From the IMG/VR virus record IMGVR_UViG_3300021963_000286, positions 1 to 39,054 of that record: DNA of 39,054 nt; one strand, 5' to 3'. Source of the stretch: a virus (taxonomy: Duplodnaviria; Caudoviricetes). Of the stretch, positions 34,601 to 39,054 are shown one piece after another. The position numbers were made by a program, and so were the translations under genes. Positions within the stretch are counted from its first letter, which is position 1, and each line of letters opens with the position of its first letter. Under the pieces are notes generated by a model. That model did not search any database. It had not been told where the DNA came from and saw only the letters and a list, made by a program, of their open reading frames with translations.

Positions 34601-37600
34601 CAGGCCTTGACTATACCACTGGTACCTTGTTGATTGGTGCTCCCGGTAATGATCAAGGCGACAGCGCAGCCAACTACGGTCGGGCTGTTTGGTTTAGAAA
34701 CGACAATCAACTGCCAGCTTGGCAAGTCACACGTTTACAACAACCTGTGGTCGACATCAACCTGTTGAATACAGTTTACATGTACGATCGTGTGACTAAC
34801 AAACCAAAACAATACTTTGATTATTTTGATCCGCTACAAGGTCGCCTGCTAGGTGTAGTAGCACAAAACATCAACTACATTGGTGCCATAGACCCTGCTG
34901 CCTACAACATTGGTGGACTAAACAATTACGGTGGTAGCTGGACACAAGAACGAGTGGGCGAGATTTGGTGGAACACCACTGATGCCAGATTCATTGATGT
35001 CAATCAAGACGACGTGGTATACGCCAGCCGACGTTGGGGTCAACTGTTTCCGGGCAGCACTATCAATGTGTATCAGTGGATTGCTAGTTCTGTAGCTCCT
35101 GTGGATTACACAGGCCCTGGGATACCTTTGTATGTCAACAGCTATGTTATTTCCAGTTCATTGAGTCAACAAGGAATTTTCAATACTGTATATTATTTCT
35201 GGGTTAGTGGAATAACCACTGTAAACACCGCAGCCAAGAAAACACTCAGTATAGAAACTATCCGTAACTATATCGAAAGTCCCAAGAGCAGTGGGATCAG
35301 CTATATTGCGCCAATTAATGCCAGCACCGTTGCTATCTACAATGGTCTAGAGTACATTTCAGCCCAAGACACCATTCTCCACGTTGAATACGATCAAACG
35401 TTAAACGACGCTGCTGTACACGTGGAATACCAGTTGGTGGTTCAAGACAGAGCCGACGGCTTCCTAGCTCCCGCACTTTATAACAAACTACAAGACAGTT
35501 TCTGCGGTGTAGATGTTACTGGCGCACCCGTACCAGACCCACAAGCACCCATCAGCGAACAATATGGCGTGGCAACAAGACCGCGTCAGAGCATGTTTGT
35601 TAACAGATTCTTGGCACTGAAGAATTATCTAACTCGTGTCAACAGTGTGATATTGCAGCTACCTATTTCTGAATCTCGTGTGTTTAATTTGTTGAACAGT
35701 GCAGAACCAGAACCATCTAGTTACTCGGGTGCCTGGAACAAACGTGTGGCCAACTATGAAGAGTTGACTTTTCAAAATCTAGAAGAAGTTGGTGTAGGAT
35801 ACCGATACTTGGTGGCCAGCGATGTAACCAACAACGGTCTATGGACCATATATCAAGTTGCCAATGGCAATTTACCTGGTGAAAAAATATTGTTGCTGAC
35901 CAGGGTACAAAATTACGATACCAAGCAGTACTGGAATTATATTAACTGGTATCAGCCCGGATATGATTCGGCCACCCGTATTTTGATAGAAGTTCCTAAC
36001 TATTCAGCCTTGGGCACAATTTCAGTTCCTCAGGGCAGCAGCGTTAAAGTAACTGCTAATGCACAAGGCAAGTGGGAAATTTATCAATTGACAGATGCTG
36101 CTGTTCCAACCTGGACCAGAGTAGGTCTGCAAGATGGTACCATAGAATTTTCTGCTACCTTATGGGATTACAGCTTAGGACGCTTTGGATTTGACGTTGA
36201 AGTATTTGATGCACAGTATTACGACCAAGAACCTGTAATTGAAACACGTAAAATCATACAGGCCATCAACGAGGAAATACTAGTAGGCGACCTGTTGATT
36301 GAACGTAACCGTGCATTGATCTTGATGTTTAATTACATCTTAAGCGAAGAACAAGCACCTACTTGGTTGGCCAAGACCAGCTTGATTGATGTCAACCACA
36401 CCATACGTGAATTGGTGCCATTCCAATCATACCGCCGCGACAACCAAGACTTTGTGTTGAATTACATACAAGAAGTCAAGCCTTACCATGTGCAGATCCG
36501 CGAATTCAACTTGATTTATAACGGCTTTGATCAGTACAACGGCACAGTCAATGACTTTGACTTGCCAGCATACTGGGACGCAACAGAAAATCTTTACATA
36601 AGTCCAGTGTTAGACAATGCAATTCCTCCAGTGTTGAGCACTACTAGCAGTGTTCCCAGTACCAGTGAAGTTTGGCAGACACTACCGTGGAATCAGTGGT
36701 ATCAAAATTACTTGCTGAGTGTTGAGTCAGTTACTATCGCCGACGGCGGAGACGGATATTCAGAACCTCCAGAAATACTACTAAACGGAGAAACAACTAC
36801 TGGTTTAGTATGCCGTGTCAATAGTGCTGGATCTGTTGTAGCCATTGATGTAGTTGCTGATCTAACTGATTTTGCAACCACTCCCACAATAGAACTTGTA
36901 GGCGGATTGCCGGAAGCAGTGCCTTGGGTTGGAAACACACAGGTATTTTCTGGAACAGTATTCCAAACACCGGATGGACTAGTTTATAATGTCACTGTTA
37001 GTGGATTCTTAAATGCTGTGCCGCCCATTGCTACCATATCACCTGTGGTTGATGGTACTGCGCTGTTGAATTACTTGGGTCGCAGAGCTCGCGCTATACC
37101 AGTAATGGGCAACGGTCTAGTAAGAAACATTGTGACTACAATCAAATACGATCGATACGAATATCAAACTACAATTATTGATTGGGAACCAGATGTCAGC
37201 TACGATAACGGAACACAAGTGCGTTATGCAGATCGTGTATGGGCCGCCAACACCGATGACAGTGTCGCAATACTAAACGCAACATTTGACCCAGATCAAT
37301 GGACTATTGTTTCAGCCGGTGACCTTAGCGGTGTTAACCGTACAATGGGCTATTATGTGCCTGAAGTAAATGAACCCGGACTTGATTTAGCCTTGTTGAT
37401 AACCGGAGTTGATTATCCCGGCGTACAAGTATCTGCACCAAACTTCAGTCAAAACACTGGGTTTGATGTGGGTAACTTTGATATTAATCCGTTTGATAAC
37501 CTGGCCTATGGCCCAGAAGGTCGCCCCACATACGATCCTGCTATATTAGATGCCATTTACGAAAGCGAATTTACAGATCCATTCTTGGGTACTTTGCCTG

Positions 37601-39054
37601 CACCGGCCTATAACGGCGCACCACCTACAACTGGACCTAACCCTATTGTAGTAGCTGGCGGTGCATTTGTCGACACTTATTCAAGCCATGCACCAGAAGA
37701 ACTAGTTCCAGGAGCCATGTTCGACACGCTAGACATGCGTGTGTATACTACTCCGGGATCAGATTGGGACGTAAACGGACATGGTTTCCCAGTGTCGTCG
37801 CGTAGATATCTTTACGCTGCTGCAACCGAAAACTACAGCTGGGCAGGGTTGTTGGCTTACCCAACTGTTGTGCAAGTTTACAATCTTACAACTGGTATTC
37901 AGTTGACACCCGACGTTGATTTTGTATTAGATTGGCCTAATCAGACAGCAACCATTTTGAATGATGTGTTTGAAGGTAATGTGTTTGTGATAACAGCCTA
38001 CAGTCTAGGTGGCGGCAACCAGATTCATGTAGAATCTGTCAACGGTACAGATATAACATCAAACAGATTGATAGTACCAGTCGAATACAGTCTTGTTGAA
38101 CAACTAGTAATATTTGTCAATGGAGAGTTGACCACCAACTACACATTTGCAGATTACGATACCTATAATATACTGGTCACATTCTCAAGTGCGTATAGCT
38201 CAACTGATCAACTCGTTATCTCTGCCATGGGAACCACTGCAGGTGGATACTCGTGGAGTGTTCCACAGACACAATACTTTGTAGCTGATGGTGTAAACTT
38301 TGCTTATACCCTGACCAACAGCTTGGAAGGTACTAATCCTGCCAACGTGATTGTTGAGAAAAATGGTATTAGAGCGAGACCTGCCGAAGGCGTTGAATAC
38401 ATCGACGATGGTTCCAGCTTGCAATACTATCTGCCCACAAACGGCGGATACAGCCAGGCCTTGATTGCCGATAACGATGTCAGCGTTTACGTCAACAATG
38501 AACCATTAATACTAGGTATCGATTTTATAGTGGATCCGTATGATGGCAGTACAGACAGAACTATTACATTGACTTCGTCACCACCTGCAGGAGCAACAAT
38601 CCTGATATCAGTGCGCACTGCTGCCCAGTATTACATCAGCGGCAATACACTGATATGGAAAACGTCTGGACCATTGATACCAATCGCCGGAGACATTGTG
38701 TCAGTAACCACATTTAACGACACTAGTGAACAGAATATTCTTACACAGGTATTTCAGGGCCCTACCACACAAGGTGTATTGATTAGCCAAGCATATGATG
38801 ACACTGACTTTGACGATGGCACTGTAAACAATGCACCCGGATCGTTTGACTTCAGTACAGGCAGCGTGATTCAAACCAACAACTTTGATACTGGGCGCCT
38901 AATAGAAAACGTTGAGCGTATCGAAGTTACCTTGGACGGATTCTACTTGTTTGAAGGAATTGGTTATACGGTAGAAGGATCAGTTGTTAACATATCTGGT
39001 CCAATAATCAATGCTTCGCAAGTGGTCAGTATCACCAGCTACACTTCCAGTGTG
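25615..39054 (+). CDS. Giant baseplate/virion structural protein (at least 4480 aa, runs off the window; gp7-position protein)
   Basis: ATG at 25615 overlaps the gp6 stop (TAATG) and begins MATRRTVDLLPEIFRTQTNKQFL. Frame 1 was open in every block I translated, and its absence from the ORF track is what is expected if no stop occurs before the window end. It contains FG-GAP blades, Ig-like repeats and CBM5/12-like motifs. Confidence 0.9.
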   Translation, partial: MATRRTVDLLPEIFRTQTNKQFLGATLDQLTQEPVIKRTQGYVGRRVGPGVNPADNYVTEPTATRSDYQLEPGVAFLKPETNTVEDVITYPGMIDALNLQGADTVRQDALFQSEYYAWDPFCDLDKFTNYSQYYWLPQGPDSVDVFGTPIALTDAWEITRGETAYTFSDLAGNNPTLTLVRGGNYEFNVNQPGFNFWIQAAPGVNGRMPATPNISSRDVLGVINNGESQGTVTFNVPLKTAQDFYYTLTNIGTVDLLTGLKFNQLNNVYVSEFLSQYPEGIDGITNLDGRTVIFTNTTADAEDGGWQVTTQFDPLPRDNADNGLVGSFDTTTFDQTTNIDSQAQRYSIWQIQYINDLSGNPFMQLTSIQTIPNFSKFTINFGTIYASTQWYKDAEGYFQQIPLLTAVLDDLYYQDGTDPELFGRIKLVDPGEELFIDINEIIGAKNYTSPNGVVFTNGLKVQFRGPIEPARYQNLEYYVEGVGTGPGEEFRVGFVDGEAYFGAFHTYQGQLMTGAVHSTTTFQQYIYETVEESLLNTGAGAPAGAPLSNTAVPRINIGNGIKLLLVSEFVTPETYTRSASIPYDSTSYDSEPYDASLNAPTVPDYITINRASCDLNAWTRSNRWFHIDVIRATATYNNQVQVIDNNRRAKRPIIEFRANLNLYNFGTQGKTPVNVVDFQETDALSNINGQRGYGIDGYTFITGSRVIFAADLDQEVRNKIYEVQFIDPNNSGVLIIDLVEVPLGTALVNQTVVTLSGNTQQGKSFWFDGVDWIPAQEKTQVNQPPLFDVFDANGVSFSNLAVYPSTTFRGSQLFGYATGSTQIIDEFLGFALRYLNINNVGDIVFQNYLYTDTFIYVRNNVSSELAISTGFIRQYVDRVTFGSLIGWQPAAAENRSRQVFSFVYDQSPLVLDIAIDTETVYAPIQLFAEGVFLDPTNYTYTVGAESTTITLIDELANGAIVEVQVLSNQTSSVGFYQIPLNLENNPLNENSNTFTLGTIRTHYESIGQNLKTIQGPIVGANNTRDLGDIITYGDVIVQHSSPLALTGVFLREQQFELFNSLEFNSREYTKFKALLLDLTTQGDFENLTATQVLDTVLQEIGLGRSEISPFYWSDMITAGETYTENTYTYSFISTPAFDTIQTYDFTASNYLGLSVFLNGVLLTRGYDYDVVPDAPSLVITAPLAVGDVIKIREYPTTYGSYVPNTPTKMGLYPAFRPEIYVDTTYVDPRAVIRGHDGSITLAFNDIRDQVLLEFEKRIFNNLKIVSAIPLIYEDIVPGQFRTTEYTLAQVNDILSTDFLTWVGWNKLDYTTQNYIANNEFTYNYSQSSNVLNAQPVPVGAWRGLYNYFYDTYTPDSTPWQMLGLTEEPDWWAAEYGTGPYTSGNTVLWDDLAAGLIKEPGNYRVDPRFVRPKLLTVLPVDSEGQLVSPLYSVIGNYNTTSFRRSWTFGDDGPVENAWRTSSAWPFAVMRLLALTKPAEFFSLLSDRDRYVFDVSLDQYLWDGRYRLDAKKLTPLYGNGNSKASYLNWIIDYNRQLGINSTDNLTLTLDNIDVRLCWRMAAFSDKNYLKVYTERSTPSSLNTSLLLPDESYQLLLYKNQPFNEITYSSVIVQKVETGYTVLGYSTKNPYFEILESRPSGRNTTISVSGTEVRIALDHTTNVVKVPYGFTFTNIGGVCDFLVSYGKLLENQGLVFADRENGYVLDWLQMAQEFVYWTQQGWAVGTIINLNPAATSISVDQPLSVVDSIKTYSPTDIILNQNRQPLSIGNLVIDRVNNFFKVNSLTSDTINFINLRFTAFEHVMVLDNRSIFADLIYQPVTGARQNRILVSGNLSGDWNGTVNAPGFVLNQDNIPEWIPNFKYAKGEIVLFKNEYWSASTIIQPSQEFNYNRWIKSDYGAIQRGLLPNAATASDQLATAYSVFDANLESEVDLFSYGLIGFRPREYMQALNLDDVSQVNLYQQFLGSKGTIRAAELFSFADLGKEVAQYDIYEYWAILRGQYGATANRSYFELRLNEALLPSDPSLVQVVLSQQESEADQAILLENVWKSSTVLTSPDILPTTTTPSSADVALPTAGYVNLADVDLTLFEFDAGFGSLVLDDIGQATTIWVAKVNPYDWNVYRTETISGDITTVSDNLDGRALVQFSKPHGLSVGDVLVIKYFDPSINGIYRVRVVTDLTSLLIDYVFTGFQTTITGTGIGFTLQTARVSQAADVVDLPYALQLVPGARVWVDNNGDGLWEVIEKTDPFGSPTELTPETQYENTRFGASVAQGLSNLSALIGAPGYNPTALATAPGAVYTYVKTPDNVYEQNSILQLGTTDAAGYGNASDIGDQSWAIVGASASSSDRGYAAVIYRDPGSNFFEQAQLLAIDPAQSITATDRFGHAVTMSQDERWIYVGAPGGNVVYAYGRIDYQTQSTKLIAGASQNLFLYSDKIVIATDEQLAVAVGDQIQTFGTDYTVSDNYVVFPVPPVEGSVITITRRPAASFVGDGSTTTFSLANIYSAVNNYSVVVYVDGAIQRPVIDYSVNGLQDLIFAVAPASDTQIAVKAQTYYTLVDTLTVPGLSSTEQFGFSVSTTTDGRQVMVGTPDVTVNGIPRAGIVYVFDRSVQNFQVTDTSVLDYTTVESPVAPVSVLLNGQFLTNTDGNIGGTFSVAGSTVTLDTTIAVGDIVTVETNTFELIQTIISETPGNSDQFGYVVDQCVNDCSVYIGAPFADSELLQSGFVEFDINQARVYGTITSTVANPTLTAGNTIRVRNFFVTLTGTTISDLVNDVNAALVPNVQATLTTDVELLGDGTSTVFDVGSIYSAAASYTTRVLINDVVQIAGVDYVYNNTNETVTFTTAPSFGTIITVVSGRMTLSVKNFAASIPLNRLQVLPGTGTAFTDVGFDIYVHQQKIVAPVPQSYANFGKKLFISDNTTSLLISAPNGALIEFVTFDDQTTTFDAKTTIFSDTITQSGVVYLYDQLPAASPSVNNPAQFVFGQQIFDNSMASLDEFGAGLDYTTGTLLIGAPGNDQGDSAANYGRAVWFRNDNQLPAWQVTRLQQPVVDINLLNTVYMYDRVTNKPKQYFDYFDPLQGRLLGVVAQNINYIGAIDPAAYNIGGLNNYGGSWTQERVGEIWWNTTDARFIDVNQDDVVYASRRWGQLFPGSTINVYQWIASSVAPVDYTGPGIPLYVNSYVISSSLSQQGIFNTVYYFWVSGITTVNTAAKKTLSIETIRNYIESPKSSGISYIAPINASTVAIYNGLEYISAQDTILHVEYDQTLNDAAVHVEYQLVVQDRADGFLAPALYNKLQDSFCGVDVTGAPVPDPQAPISEQYGVATRPRQSMFVNRFLALKNYLTRVNSVILQLPISESRVFNLLNSAEPEPSSYSGAWNKRVANYEELTFQNLEEVGVGYRYLVASDVTNNGLWTIYQVANGNLPGEKILLLTRVQNYDTKQYWNYINWYQPGYDSATRILIEVPNYSALGTISVPQGSSVKVTANAQGKWEIYQLTDAAVPTWTRVGLQDGTIEFSATLWDYSLGRFGFDVEVFDAQYYDQEPVIETRKIIQAINEEILVGDLLIERNRALILMFNYILSEEQAPTWLAKTSLIDVNHTIRELVPFQSYRRDNQDFVLNYIQEVKPYHVQIREFNLIYNGFDQYNGTVNDFDLPAYWDATENLYISPVLDNAIPPVLSTTSSVPSTSEVWQTLPWNQWYQNYLLSVESVTIADGGDGYSEPPEILLNGETTTGLVCRVNSAGSVVAIDVVADLTDFATTPTIELVGGLPEAVPWVGNTQVFSGTVFQTPDGLVYNVTVSGFLNAVPPIATISPVVDGTALLNYLGRRARAIPVMGNGLVRNIVTTIKYDRYEYQTTIIDWEPDVSYDNGTQVRYADRVWAANTDDSVAILNATFDPDQWTIVSAGDLSGVNRTMGYYVPEVNEPGLDLALLITGVDYPGVQVSAPNFSQNTGFDVGNFDINPFDNLAYGPEGRPTYDPAILDAIYESEFTDPFLGTLPAPAYNGAPPTTGPNPIVVAGGAFVDTYSSHAPEELVPGAMFDTLDMRVYTTPGSDWDVNGHGFPVSSRRYLYAAATENYSWAGLLAYPTVVQVYNLTTGIQLTPDVDFVLDWPNQTATILNDVFEGNVFVITAYSLGGGNQIHVESVNGTDITSNRLIVPVEYSLVEQLVIFVNGELTTNYTFADYDTYNILVTFSSAYSSTDQLVISAMGTTAGGYSWSVPQTQYFVADGVNFAYTLTNSLEGTNPANVIVEKNGIRARPAEGVEYIDDGSSLQYYLPTNGGYSQALIADNDVSVYVNNEPLILGIDFIVDPYDGSTDRTITLTSSPPAGATILISVRTAAQYYISGNTLIWKTSGPLIPIAGDIVSVTTFNDTSEQNILTQVFQGPTTQGVLISQAYDDTDFDDGTVNNAPGSFDFSTGSVIQTNNFDTGRLIENVERIEVTLDGFYLFEGIGYTVEGSVVNISGPIINASQVVSITSYTSSV

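Noticed and set aside
26149-38424. Numerous 60-117-aa ORFs listed in the track in this interval
   Set aside because: All are alternate-frame or antisense shadows of the single giant frame-1 ORF beginning at 25615.
11144-39054. Bacterial T6SS or extracellular contractile injection system locus
   Set aside because: gp25, gp5 and gp6-like genes occur in those systems, but the linked gp55, gp46/gp47, gp26 and TAAATA late promoters indicate a T4-like phage.
1-39054. Stop-codon reassignment (alternative genetic code) as seen in some large phages
   Set aside because: Genes are full length under code 11 and end in TAA, TGA and TAG (e.g. TAG at 21699-21701 and 10088-10086). No recognised gene is fragmented.

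Overview
This window is a 39-kb segment of a large T4-like (jumbo-type) myovirus genome. It uses the standard genetic code and is densely coded, with many translationally coupled genes. From left to right it holds: the 5' end of a probable tape-measure gene (minus strand); a gp26-like baseplate/tail chaperone whose gp51-like partner ORF appears reachable only by a -1 ribosomal frameshift; and a three-gene accessory cassette (DUF1415-like, ATE_C/Bpt-like aminoacyl-transferase domain, DUF6614-like). Next is a 484-nt ORF-free, densely base-paired region, a candidate large ncRNA, directly downstream of a stand-alone GIY-YIG nuclease. A minus-strand operon follows: gp55 - gp47 - hypothetical - gp46 - two radical SAM enzymes - hypothetical - GIY-YIG. 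The rest is a plus-strand baseplate module: a 1509-aa repeat-laden tube-initiator-like protein, gp53, a hub protein, a gp5/VgrG-like spike, gp25, gp6, and a giant ORF of at least 4480 codons that runs off the window and is missing from the ORF track. The most promising novelties are the GIY-YIG plus structured RNA pair, the frameshifted gp26/gp51 chaperone, the aminoacyl-transferase cassette, an extended late-promoter motif, and the repeat architectures of the virion proteins. All family calls come from motif recognition by eye; no database search was run.
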